A DNA stretch of 63,997 bases, filler included, from Rhabdomonas costata (GCA_019059605.1; 39 parts of 39 records of this genome joined end to end with filler, not necessarily neighbours in it), one strand, 5' to 3'; shown: positions 47,895 to 60,816, counted from the whole stretch's first letter. Notes: a model not told the origin generated them from the letters alone. Made by a program: numbers and translations.

Positions 47895-49503
47895 GAAAGG
47901 CGGATTGTACCTTCCCTGTGCTGCACCGTGTACCTTTGCTTCGCTTTTGCTGCCTTTTTGGATACGCTTTTCCGCCACATGGAAGGAGCTCAGAATGTTC
48001 TCGTTGTGGACAATTTTGATTTGTATCCTGCTGCTACACATAACTTTTGGAAAGAGTCCCACAGAATTATCACACCCGCCAATCGGCCCAGAGTGATCGC
48101 ACGCAGAGCTTTCCGGGTTCCTGTCACTGGCCCCAACGTCCCATTATTCAAAACTCCAGGTTTGCACCTGCTACTGTTTCCATGCTATGATATACTACCG
48201 AACTCGCGTCAACGTGCATCTCAGATTCAGCTTATTTTGTTGGTGTTGCATTCCATTTTTCCAAGTGGCGATGCTGTTTCCGCCAATTATAAATACTTCT
48301 TTTTTGGCGGAAACAGCATCGCCGGTTAGAAAACGAGCAGTGCGGCAACACCAACAACATCACAAGCGGAGCATTCTTTTTCGCGTCTTGCAATGCGCGC
48401 CACAGCTTTTTTACCCAATGGCTTACGCACCTGTGCGCAGTCTCGTGTTCTTGGGTGCCCGCGTGTTTGCTGGTGGGGTTCTGGATCTTTTGCCCAAAGT
48501 TGCCCCAGAAATAAACCGCGCGGCACGTGTAGCGTAAGAAGCGGCAGACACAGTCAGCAAGAAGGCAGCAGACGCTGCTTCAGCAAATGGCGCCCCTTTT
48601 TATGCCCTTCCCTTCCCTTCCCTTCCATCTCGTGTCGCCCTTTGTTTCTTTTTAACTCCCGTCTCCGCGCTTTCCAACAGTGCGCGCCGAAAGGGCAGAC
48701 CCGAGGTAGCAACAAGTGGCCTTGACCGTTCCTCCTTCTTTTCAGCCTCCGCCCGCCGTGTCGCGAAAGCGAACCCTAACGCGGACAAGCAGCCCAGCAG
48801 CAACCAAAGACACAAAAGTTGGGCGGAGAACGTCAAAAGGACGGACAAGAGTCGTTCTTCGCCGTCAACTGCGCCAGTCTTTCCAAAGCAACTGGCATAT
48901 TCTATTTGAAAAGGCGCTTTTTCGGACCATAAATCCTTGAAAACCGCTGCGTTGGGGCTTTTTTTATTTAAAAAAAAAATCCGACCAAGAACCTTCAGAA
49001 ATGCGTGCCGCCCCGATGCCTTACGTGTGCCTTCCGCAAAAGTATAGCTAAGAAGTCTGACCTGTGCTTACGGAGCGGCAGGAAGTAAATCCCACCATGG
49101 AACTTGAATTCAATTGAGGCAACAAATAAATCACCGCAGCGATGCCCAAAAGCATCCCCAACAAAAAGCTACTACCCCCCAACACACACACACACACACA
49201 CCCACACACCAAACNNNNNNNNNNNNNNNNNNNNNNNNNNNNNNNNNNNNNNNNNNNNTTAATTAATTAANNNNNNNNNNNNNNNNNNNNNNNNNNNNNN
49301 NNNNNNNNNNNNNNGTGTGGGTGTGTTTGGTGTGGTGTTGCTGTCCGTCTTCTCTTGCTTTGATGCGCAGCTGCTGCCGAGGAAATTCATGCAAAACACA
49401 TCTTTGCACAATCGAATTGAAAGGCTAAGCTTCAAAAATGAGACGACCATGCCTTGCGATGGTGAGCCAGTGTGCCGAAAATATGCTGCAATGCAATGCT
49501 CAC

Positions 49504-49953
49504 CTGAAGGCTGATTTCTCGCCGCCGCCGCAGGAGAGGGACTGCGAGGCGGGCTGACAGACGAGGAGGCTGCCGCGCGGAGCATCGCCAGCGTGGCGCC
49601 CTTAGTGCCCCCGCCAACGTCGGTGAGGTACTCCACGACGGACTGCGGTCGTTCTGTTTGGGTGGTCGTCCTTGATATACTGTTGTACGCGCGTACACCC
49701 ATCCAACTGTTTCAGCTTTCATTCTCGGTCGACTCCATCCGTTTTTTCTGAACCTAGCTCCAGTGTTCAGGCTTTTTCTCAATTTGCTAACAGAGATGTG
49801 AGAGGGAACGTGGCCGGTGGGAGGGGGGCAGGAGCCTTGCGCCATTAAGGCGATGTCAAGCGCGCTGAGTCCCTCGGCATTGAGGGCGTGGGGGTCGGCA
49901 CGGCTCTCCACCAGTTGGCACACGCAGCTCATCGCCCCGCCCTGCTCGACAAC
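49504..49953 (-). CDS. Ankyrin-repeat protein exons (partial)
   Basis: VVEQGGAMSCVCQLVESRADPHALNAEGLSALDIALMAQ-ERPQSVVEYL, matching ankyrin L+..gAd....n..G.t.L..A...vveyL. Confidence 0.75.
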
Positions 49954-52031
49954 CTGCACCGAGAAAATTAAGCGGAGAGTTATCAGCAAACGCGCGGCCA
50001 CCTCGAACTTCAGAGTAGGGAAGAAAATAGCACTGGAGAAATTGAGGTGCTCACACGACATGATAGAAAGCATCCCTGGAGGAAATAACAGCAGACGTAC
50101 AGGATTTTCTGCGATTAGAGTGAGAATGAACACGGAGGCAGGATTCAGATCAAAAATTACAAAGTTTGTGCTCAACTCAAATAGCATTTTTGTTTTTTTG
50201 GAGCATAGGCACTCGACAATTATGCAGCCCCCCATTAAGTCAACTTTCCAGCCCCGACGGGAAAAAGCATCAAGTCAAGCGTACAGCCCCTGCAACAGAA
50301 GTTCTCTTACCAGCTTTCCTGCACAAAGCCACACAGGAAACAAGCAATGGGATTCCCATGGCAGCATGAAGATTTGCATTTGAATGAAGATTTGGGGGTT
50401 AGGTGGCGATGTACACACTCCGTGGGATTCGAATGAATGGTTTGCGGGATCTTTCCAGGATATATCTTGAGCCACGTAGCGCAGCGGACGCTATGCAGCC
50501 TGCAAGCGTAGGTATTGTTGTAATCCTACTGTCCCACTGTCCCAGTCAAACCAACAGTTGTTGTAATCCTAGCTAGTTTCGGCGTCCCGTATACTAGCGA
50601 CTTGTGTACTTGACTAAATGGGAGGGGGACAGCTGAATAATTGACCTTCGTCGCCTATTTCTGTCTAATAACAATGGGAGGAACACGGCACACTTAAGGG
50701 AACGAGCAGTCGGGGTGAACTCTAGCTGCACTGTAGTTAGCGAGGATAACCCGCCTAGCCTAGAAGGATCGCAGACGAATGTATCCGCAAAACTCGGCTG
50801 CACATTTGACATCTTAGCCCTTTTCTTCAATTTCCTTCCGCATCTCGAAAGCACCTTNNNNNNNNNNNNNNNNNNNNNNNNNNNNNNNNNNNNNNNNNNN
50901 NTTAATTAATTAANNNNNNNNNNNNNNNNNNNNNNNNNNNNNNNNNNNNNNNNNNNNTGTGGTGGGTGTGGTTGGTTTTTGGTGGGTACATTCCAAACTC
51001 AAATTGAAAATGTGTATTAGATCCGGTTTTTTCTGTTGCCATTGGTAACTGTCACCCAAAACATCATTTTGGTCGAAAGTTGCGGGGTGGCAGTAGTTTT
51101 TTAGCACTCTTTTTTTTTACACCCGTGCGGACCTCGCTCATCCTTTGCCCCCCTCCCTATGCGCTACCCAATGCTTCACGCAAGTATACTTCTTTTTTTT
51201 TTTGCATTTCTCACCTCACCTCTCACCCCTCGACTTCATTGTCCTGGTCACAGTTCTTTTTTTTATGCCACACGCTTGCCAGCTCAGTTGATTAATTCCC
51301 TGGACATTGTTACATTTTTGCTGTCATTGTTGAATGTAGAGACGAGTTTGCGTGAAAAAACTCTACCAATTCCACGCCCATTAGGGATAATCTTCGAGCT
51401 TTCGGTGCGTGCTGTCATCGGATGAAATCATGTTGCCATTAAAAATCTATCGTTCGAAAAGTGCATTGCTTAAGCAGAAAGTATAGAAGTGTGGCCGGTG
51501 TATTCCTCAGGTTTACCGGCCCGCTTATATCCTTGCGATAGACCACAAGTGGCGGTCTGTAGTCGTCGCCTTTCGGGGCACCTCTTCTGTCCATGACGCG
51601 CTCACGGACGCCAGCTTTAAGGTTTGCACTTGCGACTGTGTGTCGTTTTTGATGTCGTGCCCTTTGTATGCTACTACCTCGTGTCCTGCTGTACCGAGAT
51701 TACTAAGTTTATCGAATTGCTGAGGTTGCACCGCCGGTTTTGATGTGGTCCCGTCCTCCCGCGTCCTGCTGAACTGTGAGGTCTTTAAAGTGGCGTACAC
51801 TTCCACCTAACGGTAGCGGTTGGAAAGGTTTTCTCCGTGCAGCATGGGCAAGGCAAATTATCGGTGTTGTGGGCAACGGTGCTGAATGTTGACCGTCACC
51901 GTTGGCATTTATCCCGATGCCCGATGGTCGTCGGAATGCCATCTGCTAAGATTTAAAGGCTAGATGTACATACGCGTCCTTAAATGCTGGGTAAGCGGAC
52001 TGGGGATGGCGGTCCTGGGGGGTGAGTGCAG

Positions 52032-52298
52032 ATGATCACTGCAGAATTTCGACACCTGGGCTCCCTTCGAGTTTCCGAGGGCTTCTGGAAGGCCTCGAAG
52101 AACTCCAAGGAGAAGCTGGACTCCCGAGGCAGGCTAGCCGCTGCGTTACGGGCCAACCCAGGCTACGCGCTGGTGCTCACCGGGCACAGCCTTGGCGGAG
52201 CCGTCGCGATGCTGGTGGGTCTGCTGTACCACGTGGAGCTAGGCGGCGCCCACCCTGTGCGATGCTACGCCTTCTCCCCACCACCGGCTTTCTCTGAG
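52032..52298 (+). CDS. Lipase class 3 (alpha/beta hydrolase, DAG-lipase-like) exon
   Basis: cag|...EGFWKAS...PGYALVLTGHSLGGAVAMLVG...VRCYAFSPP|gt; nucleophile elbow GHSLG. Confidence 0.92.
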
Positions 52299-55200
52299 GT
52301 TCTGACGGAAGGGAAAGGAGCTCTCTGCGCGTGGTCTGGTGAAGCTTGACGCAAGAACTTTTGGATATACATCCAACAATGATATGGTTTCCTTCGGAAA
52401 GTTTTGTTTCTCGGCCCACCCGGGAGAAGACCAGAAGCACACAACCTTTTCTGGTACTTTCACAACCGATTAGGATTGTGTACAGCATTGTTGCCGTGGC
52501 ANNNNNNNNNNNNNNNNNNNNNNNNNNNNNNNNNNNNNNNNNNNNTTAATTAATTAANNNNNNNNNNNNNNNNNNNNNNNNNNNNNNNNNNNNNNNNNNN
52601 NTTTTTTTGGTCTTGATGCAACCACTGGAGGAGTCCTGCCAATTGCCATCCAACTCGGGAAAGTGCGGGTCCTTTTCGGCGTACATTCCAGCTGTCCGGG
52701 GATGGGAGCTCTCGGCTGATCTGTCAGTTTTCGGCTGCGGTCCGCCAGTTCTCCACTCCGAGACTGCTTGAGAAAATCCGAGGAGTGCTGTTTGAAATTC
52801 CCGATTCTGGGCATTGCTAGTCTCCAAGGCATTGTTCATTGAGATGGATTGGTCTCGGAGGAGAGTCCGAATGTCCTCGGTAGACGTGGTCCTGGAGATG
52901 ATTCGATGAAACGACGGAGGAAAACGTGGCGGACGCGGCTTGACCGACCGACAACTGTGCTCTGATTCAACTATTTTTTGCGATGGACCGATGCAACTGA
53001 CAACGGTGGAGAAACAAAGCAAGAGAACCAAGGAGAGACAAACAATGGGAGAAGAAACAACCGCAATGTGCGCTAGGGTATGTTTAATTTGGCGGGGCTC
53101 TCGACTCTCTTCCGTCGCCAGTCAATTCGTCCGCGCGCGCTTAGTCCTATTCTGTTCAGTTCTTCGCGCGCTTGCCGCACTCGCTCAAAAAATATTTTTT
53201 GGTGTGGGTAGATCGTTTGGGTCGTGATTCCTGCCTCCAACGTTGCCACGTGTGTGGTTCCTGCTTCTGAAGCTGCTGTGAGGGTTCGTGAACCAGAAAC
53301 GCGTACCTCTGATGCAACCCTGACAGAGAAACGCCTAACTATAAACCAGAGACACAATACCAGATGACAGAGCGTAACCAGATGAAAGAGACGCGATTCC
53401 AACCCCTTGACGTGATTCTGAGTGAAAAAGTGAAGAGTAGAGTGGAGTGGAGTGCGTAGAGTGGAGATGATGCTGGTATCCCTATCCGAGTGGCAGATGA
53501 TGCGATTCTTGACCTCTAAGTTGGATATTAGCGTGGAATTATTGACCCTGATGTGGATGTTGGTAGTGGTGGCATTCCTAAAGCTGATGGTGTGATGAGT
53601 TGAGGCCTTCCAACGTAAGAGGTCAGCATGACTGCAAGAGTACCGCTACCTCCGGTGGTTGGAGCTACAGATGCATTCCTTCTAATATTCCTTATGCCCA
53701 TGCATGACTGAGCCAATTACTACCGCTAAATCACTGTGGAGGGGTTCTAGGGGTGTAAGAGTGAGTCTGATGCCTTGATGTTGGAATTCTACCGCAGGTG
53801 CCTTTTCTACTCCGCGATGCCCTGCTGCGCACGACATCGCTCCGTACCAAATTAGCATCAACATAACGTTGAGGAGTTGATGGTGATGATGAGTGGAAGG
53901 GGCACGCAAGGGGTGATGAGTGAACCACCACATTGAAGATATGAGTTACCTTACGCCTCTAAGCATGGGGTTTCTACCTCCAGTGGTATTCCTACTCCGG
54001 ATGGCTCCACTACGTGACCCATCCTCCTTCTAACTAGCTAACGCACGAACCCCATCTCTTACGCTATTCTTACCCCTGATACACGTTGGAGGCATTCTAA
54101 CATCCCTCTAAGCGTAGAAATACCCGCTTAGAATGCACACCTACNNNNNNNNNNNNNNNNNNNNNNNNNNNNNNNNNNNNNNNNNNNNTTAATTAATTAA
54201 NNNNNNNNNNNNNNNNNNNNNNNNNNNNNNNNNNNNNNNNNNNNTGCTGCAGTACTACGCGGTTTCCAATTGGTTCCTGTGAGCTATGTGTATGTGTGGT
54301 CGGGTCAGGGGTTACGGTTGGCACCCACCACGCTGTCCTTGGGTTTAGGAACCGTTCTTTGGAGAGATGGATAGACGCGTTTCCGTACCTACGCACATAA
54401 CATTGACCGCAGCTCTCAGGAGAGCACAACTTCGTCTCCTTGCACATGTGCAGCCTTGGGGCTAGCAATTGTTTCGACCACAAAAGGTTAACAATTGCGA
54501 AGATGCTTTTTCACCAAGAAAAAAGCCATGTACTTCTAGCTCCCACGATAGGAGGAAGTCGACCAATGCCTGAAGCTGTCTCGGAGTGGTCCGGTACGCC
54601 CGGTTTACCCACCCCCAATCCAAAGTGTTTAGGGTATCCGTTTTTTGACATGGTGAAAAGTATTCAGAACGGCTCCTGAGGCAGTGACGTCTTGGAATGC
54701 ACCTTCTGTTGCAACTTCGGACCCTCAAGCAGGCGTTGCTGTCCTCTCCGTGGCCTCCTTTTTGAAGGCGCGGAAAAGGATCCCCCCCCCCTCGTTTTCT
54801 CCAACCCGCACGAAACCCCTCCATGGCGCCCATGGAGCGGCTTCGCTCTCTGCTTTTCTTCTTTTCTCCCCTTTCCCTCTGTACAGTCAGCAGTCATCTT
54901 TGTTGGGGAAAATGCGGTTTTGCCGTGGGGGGCTTGTACTTCTTGGCTGTTTCTTTCTCTCTCTCGGATCTGGCGATCTGGATCTGCAAAAAATGTTAAG
55001 TCTGCGGTGTGTGCGGTGAGAAGAGGGATGCATAGCCAGCACCACAGAAGGTCCTGGGGTGGTGTTAGCACGTCCTTCCCTCTGCATATTTCCGGCTTTC
55101 CGGTGCAGTCTCTGTACTTCCTTTGTGCGCGCACAAGTTTCCCATGCTGCGGCAGGGCGGCAACCTTTGGCTGTTCCGTTGGTTCATGCAAGCGCTCAGT

Positions 55201-56799
55201 GCCCGTGGATTCTTGACGTTGGAGTCTCCAGTAGAGGACAAACAGGAGTTTAGGAAGCGATTCTCGTTTAAGAATTGAGCTGACGTCCGATTGCTCGAGT
55301 CTACTCCGTCTGAAGAGGGAAGCCCCCCCCCGCCCGGTCATGTGGTGCATTTCACGGGAGCATCACCTTCCTACATTTTCTGATCTCATTAAGAATGAGT
55401 AATTTATTGCTGCGGGGCACGCGCACTTCATTGCATTAAACATTTTAGTCCGCATACGTTGGTCACACCGCCACGGATTGCTAACCAGCGTGGAGAGTGG
55501 TGGCCCCTGCCTTCAATCTCGCTCCTTCCTGCGAGCTCGTGTCGTTGGGTCGCGATGGCTTCGTCTCTTGCAAGGTATCTCGCAAAGACCGCACCGCGTA
55601 TCTACATATTTTAGCGCAGGATGATGCAGGCGGAAAAATTGCGGAAGTTGAGAACTCCTTAAACCCGACACTGGAGAACGCAAGCATGGTTCTCCAGTGT
55701 CTAGATGCGGCGTTCCTGCAGTTTCCGAAATCACTGAATCCATGGTAAGGAAACCATGACCTAAAAACAGCTCCATTCTTCGAATCGNNNNNNNNNNNNN
55801 NNNNNNNNNNNNNNNNNNNNNNNNNNNNNNNTTAATTAATTAANNNNNNNNNNNNNNNNNNNNNNNNNNNNNNNNNNNNNNNNNNNNGTTTTTTCACCCC
55901 GGACACCCCATTTTCGACCCTTCCAAGGTACCACCGAGGTCCCGTTTTTCTCGTATCAAAACCCTACACTACACTACGTTTTTCACGGGAATCAAGGTCA
56001 TGGTTAGGTGGAATTTGCGGTTCGGGTTTAGTGTTAGCATGGTGAGGGAGGATAGGATAACAAATAGAAGTCCGGGGCTCTCCAACCCCAATTCAAGCCC
56101 TTGCCAGACTTGCAGGGTAAGAAGCGATCCAATTGTATTAGGATAAAACGCATAACCTCTGCCCATCACCCATAACCCCCAATATAGTCAGGGGAACTTG
56201 GCTCTCCAAATGGCTTATCAGCCATCTTACTGCAGTTACTACTGTTTACATAATTACTGCAGTAACTGCCTTCCGGAAGCACCCAATTAAGGGCTAAGCC
56301 GAAGCAGGCCCATTAAAGCGCAGGTCAGCAGAAATCTGAGTGCAGCAGGAACCCGGTTACGATGTACATCTCAGCACATAGGTAATTTTCAAAGCGGAAA
56401 AAACGCTGAATACCGTTTTCCCGTTCTAAGGAGTCGAACTCCAAAAGAGCGCGTGGGGAGGGCGATTGTGCCTTCCAGTGCCCAAGAGCCACACTTTGGG
56501 ATTAATTTAAAGCATGCAGGGGTGAAATCGAACGATGCCAAGGAGGCAGATATATAACCTTCTGTGTAAAAAGAGGCTTAGCAGGCAATCCTACACTCAC
56601 ACAAAACTGGCACAAGGTCACTGCACGCATGTGCTTCCCCATGGTGCTTTGGCACATGGATGCAAGCTGTGGTCGTTTGCCTTTTTTAGGATCCTCTGAG
56701 TACCCCTCTCTGCAGAGTACAACGAGAATAGCAACTTTTTATACCCCAGGATTTCGCCCACCCACACATCACCAGCCAAAAGCAGACACACGCACATAC

Positions 56800-57183
56800 C
56801 GCGGCGCTGGTTGCCACCATAGACCTTGGAGAACCTCCCGACCCCGGTGTGGGGGCGGATGTAGATGTGGCGAACCAGGGAGGCTGCGAGCACGCAGGAC
56901 GTCCCCATCCAAACTTCACAGTCCAAGCACCAAACTTCACAAACAGCGCACTACCGTAACACAAGCGCACCATATCTTACCAAAAACATGCTGTGTTCTC
57001 TCAGCAAACTCAGGCACTGCAAATGCCGGGCACATTTTTCTCGTTTTTTGTGGAAAAAAAAAGGAAGGAGAGAGAGCTCTCACGAACCGCAGCGGTGGTA
57101 GTAGAAGTCCGGGCTGGCCGGGGACAGCACCTTGGCCACCCCCGTCTTAATCACGTCCAGGTAGGGGGGCAGCTCCAGCTTCC
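56800..57183 (-). CDS. RPS19: 40S ribosomal protein S19 (eS19), two internal exons
   Basis: Exons 57183-57088 and 56883-56800: [65 protein letters not shown] intron, phase 1. Confidence 0.96.
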
Positions 57184-57626
57184 CTGCGGGACAGTGCGCA
57201 CGTGAACCTGGCTGCCACTGGCTGCCATGTGCTTCTTCGTGCCTACGCTGTTCTCCTTTTCGAGACACCCGTATGAAGCAAGAGCATAAATGCATCTTTG
57301 CCCCCCCCCCCCAACCCGCCGGAAACCGCACATGCATGTCCAACAAATGAAAAGCATTTTAGGATCTTGGGCTGGCCCGCTGCGCTCCACGGCGCAAGAC
57401 ATCCTGAGTCCCAGGGGACACCCCACAACCNNNNNNNNNNNNNNNNNNNNNNNNNNNNNNNNNNNNNNNNNNNNTTAATTAATTAANNNNNNNNNNNNNN
57501 NNNNNNNNNNNNNNNNNNNNNNNNNNNNNNAAAATGTAACCAAGGTGTGAAACGATCATATTATTACATTGGGTTTGTGGTGAAAAGATACAAGTGGAAA
57601 ACAGACTGGTTGAGAGCTGGAGGCAC

Positions 57627-58845
57627 CTCCAGGATCTTTGCCAGGTCACACAGCGCGGTATTCTCGTACCGCTCTCTGGAGTGCGACGCGATCAGCTTGG
57701 TGTCGTATTTTTCCGGAAACAGAGTAGTCAGAAGGACCTTTCGAAGAAAAATGGCATATATTGTAAATGCTACATTCCCATTTCTGGTGTCATTGTGTGC
57801 TGCTTTGTGCGTATTAACTGTGCCAGGCTTTTCTATCTCAGTTCCCGACATTCTCAAAGCGGTGTGGGCCACATCAGAATGCGGATGCATGCATACAACT
57901 AAAACATGGAATCCTCCAGGAAACGCACTCAACATCAAGCAATAAGTAATGTAACATTGCAGCTGTATTTTGTTGGGGGTACGCAGTGTGCAGCTTTCTT
58001 GGCGGCACTTCACTTTGGCATCCTCAACTACGGGGAACAGAACCTTGAAGTCTGAAAGGTCCTCTGGGAGCTCTTTGTGAAAGGAGTTGGCGACAAACAT
58101 GAAGTCATACAGGCCGTTGTGCACCACAATCGGCTTCCCACAGCTGCGCAGGGCGTTGAAGACGTGGCGGAACCCCAACATGGAGTGCAGCTTCTGCGCC
58201 TTTTCCCGAGCACTGTCCTCCTTTTTGAACAGATAACATGTGGAGATACTGAGATGGCCCAAGCAAGTTGGGTTTATGAAAATGACGCTTCCTCTGGATG
58301 TCGTTGCGTCGGCGCTACATGTGCATACTCGTGCTCGAGCTAACAAGCATCTGCTCGCCCAAACGGATGTAAGCAAAAGTTGACTGTGTCCTTCTGTGTG
58401 GCTGAGAAAGGTGGTTGAGAAGGAAAGAAGGGGCGCATTGGATTCATCCACCTCTCTCTTGCGCAGCTCTTCCTTGGAGAGTTTGATCAACACCCGTGTC
58501 CTTCGCTTTGTCTTCGGATCTGTGCTGACCTGAAGGGGGGAAAAGCCGGCACACAACACCTCTCCCATAGAAAGCAGCGCAGCATTCACTATGTTCGCCC
58601 GCGCAATTGTAAGATGTCGACATGGCAAGTGCAGACCCCTGCGGGCGCTAGCGCGACTCCGGGTGCACCTCCCATAGCGGGCGCGCAACAGCAGGGCGTA
58701 CGTTCATAAAGAGTTCGGGGTGCAACTCCTCGCACAGCACATGCACAGCGGCAGCCAGGAAAGGGTTCAGGTCACGTAAACGGTGCTCCCGAAGGACGGG
58801 GTCCTCGGCGAACAAGGCGACCCCAGCCATCACCTCGTTTACAGT
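57627..58845 (-). CDS. PARN: Poly(A)-specific ribonuclease (CAF1/PARN family), four internal exons
   Basis: Exons ~58845-58701, 58529-58452, 58220-58044 and 57737-57627 carry GFRHVFNAL...KPIVVHNGLYDFMF...ELPEDLSDFK...LFP..YDTKLIA, the PARN DEDDh-domain signature. Confidence 0.9.
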
Positions 58846-59660
58846 CTTTTGGGGAAGTGGAAAAGGAACAAACGAACCATCATCAACCGCGCGTCGCCGG
58901 TTTCTTTTTTCATTCCTTTCCAAGTGCCAAGGCAGCGCTGGTATAGCCTACTTGACGCGATGTTTCATTGGAGTCCTATCTTCCTCCATCACCCCGTGGT
59001 TAATCGCGACGCATCCACAGTCCACACGAGGCCCAGGGGTGAGAGCGGAGATGAAACCCTGAAACCCCACACCNNNNNNNNNNNNNNNNNNNNNNNNNNN
59101 NNNNNNNNNNNNNNNNNTTAATTAATTAANNNNNNNNNNNNNNNNNNNNNNNNNNNNNNNNNNNNNNNNNNNNGTGTTGGGTGCGTTTGGTGGGTGGGTG
59201 GAAAGCACAAGATTGGGTGTTGTTTGCCGTGTGAGTAAGTTTGAGTGCACCTGTAGAAATGCGATGAAGTTCTGGTTCCCGTGGAGGTGAACAAAAGGCT
59301 TGGTGTACGCCATGCTGAGGTTCTGGCACACCAGGATTTCCAAGCAGGTCTGCCTATTTGATGACGAAGAGCAGGCCCAATTCTTTCAACTTCCCGACTT
59401 GATGACCATGCGGCAGCTTGGCGTTACCACTGGACCAGGCTTTGAAGCAGTTTTGTTGGCTTTCCGCAATTTTATAAAGAGGATGCTTCAATCAGGGCCG
59501 AAGCAGCCCTTTAAGTCCTTCAGGTATCTCAGGCGTTGCTCCCAAACCGCAACGCGGCACATCCTTTTTCCTCTTCCGACATCGTCCGGTACTGCTCTTT
59601 GGCGGTTCTTCTGAGCACATTTCATTTTCGTCGCTTTTTGCCGCCACTGCAGTCTCACAC

Positions 59661-60423
59661 CTATCCTCATCATGGAAGAGTTCCACGGGCTGCGTCCCCG
59701 CGAAGGCCTCGTCCAGACTGAACCCCATCAGCGCGGCGGAGTAGCCCCACTCCACGGCGGGCGGGAGCCTCAGACTGGCCTCCAGAGGGCTCCCCCCGGG
59801 GGGCCAGTACACCAGTAACGCGCGGTTGCTCACCAGCGCCAGCAGAAAGGCTGAGGCCAGGGTGAGCAGGCGGTTGCCCAGCCCTATCCCGTCATCGATG
59901 CTGGCCACCACGAAGCGCTTGGAGGACAGCGGACCCTCTGAGAGAGACAGGGAGGGTATTTGATCATTTTTTTTTGCCTGCGTGGGTGGGTTTTACTCGA
60001 GAACACTCAAACAAAGCAGCTATTAGCAGAATCGATATAAACCTTACATACAGGTGAAAAAGAGCCGCGCGAGGGAAGTAGTGAGGGCAAGAATGATCAC
60101 ACATGATTGCATGAATTTCCGTCGGACTGCTTGAGAGCTTCAGTGCTGACGATACCAAAGCTGACAGGTTTTTGCAATGACGGCAGTTCGGGGAGAGGGT
60201 TAATCTTCTTGTGTTCTCAATATGGTAAAACAGGACGGGACAGAGAGAAGAGCCCCAGGGGGTTCGTTTTTCACCCTGCACAGAAAATGCTGCGGATGAT
60301 AACCTGGCGCTACCCCCAACCCACGCAAGCACCTCGCAGCATTCGGCGGTGCAGCCGGAGGTACCGGTCCCTCCAGGCCTTCCACCTTGGTCCCACTGCA
60401 AGGACATCGTCCTCGCGGCGGGT
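59661..60423 (-). CDS. Alpha-1,2-fucosyltransferase-like protein (GT37/xyloglucan fucosyltransferase motif), two exons
   Basis: Exons 60423-60333 and 59937-59661: RYLRLHRRMLREGPLSSKRFVVASIDDGIGLGNRLLTLASAFLLALVSNRALLVYW. The GLGNRxLxxASAFLxALLxxRxLLV motif is characteristic. Confidence 0.82.
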
Positions 60424-60816
60424 CTGTAACCCCCCACCCTCCAACTGTGCACGTGCAAACATACTTCCTCTTGAAGTTTGCTGCTCAAAAGGAAACGGAC
60501 AGGGGGCAAGTGGAAAACAAAGCCACCGCAAAAAGGAAAAACAGAATAGACGAGGACCAACAACTGCGACACGACCAATACACAAACCACAGAGTAATCC
60601 GCAGATAATTTCAGAAAAGTAAGGCAGAGAGAGAGAGCAGTGAAGAGAGGAGAGGAGAGAGGAGAGGAGAAAAAGAAACGCGCCTCTTCAGCCTCCTGCA
60701 GCTGTGCAATGTCACCNNNNNNNNNNNNNNNNNNNNNNNNNNNNNNNNNNNNNNNNNNNNTTAATTAATTAANNNNNNNNNNNNNNNNNNNNNNNNNNNN
60801 NNNNNNNNNNNNNNNN

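Noticed and set aside
54440-54679. LFHQEKSHVLL...KCLGYPF resembling RT domains 6-7 (also PSRLGGLS near 50745-50770, minus)
   Set aside because: Motifs too short and degenerate, with no YxDD; cannot be supported without a profile search.
57564-58688. 374-aa ORF as a single protein
   Set aside because: PARN homology is confined to AG/GT-bounded exons; the intervening parts are introns that happen to be open.
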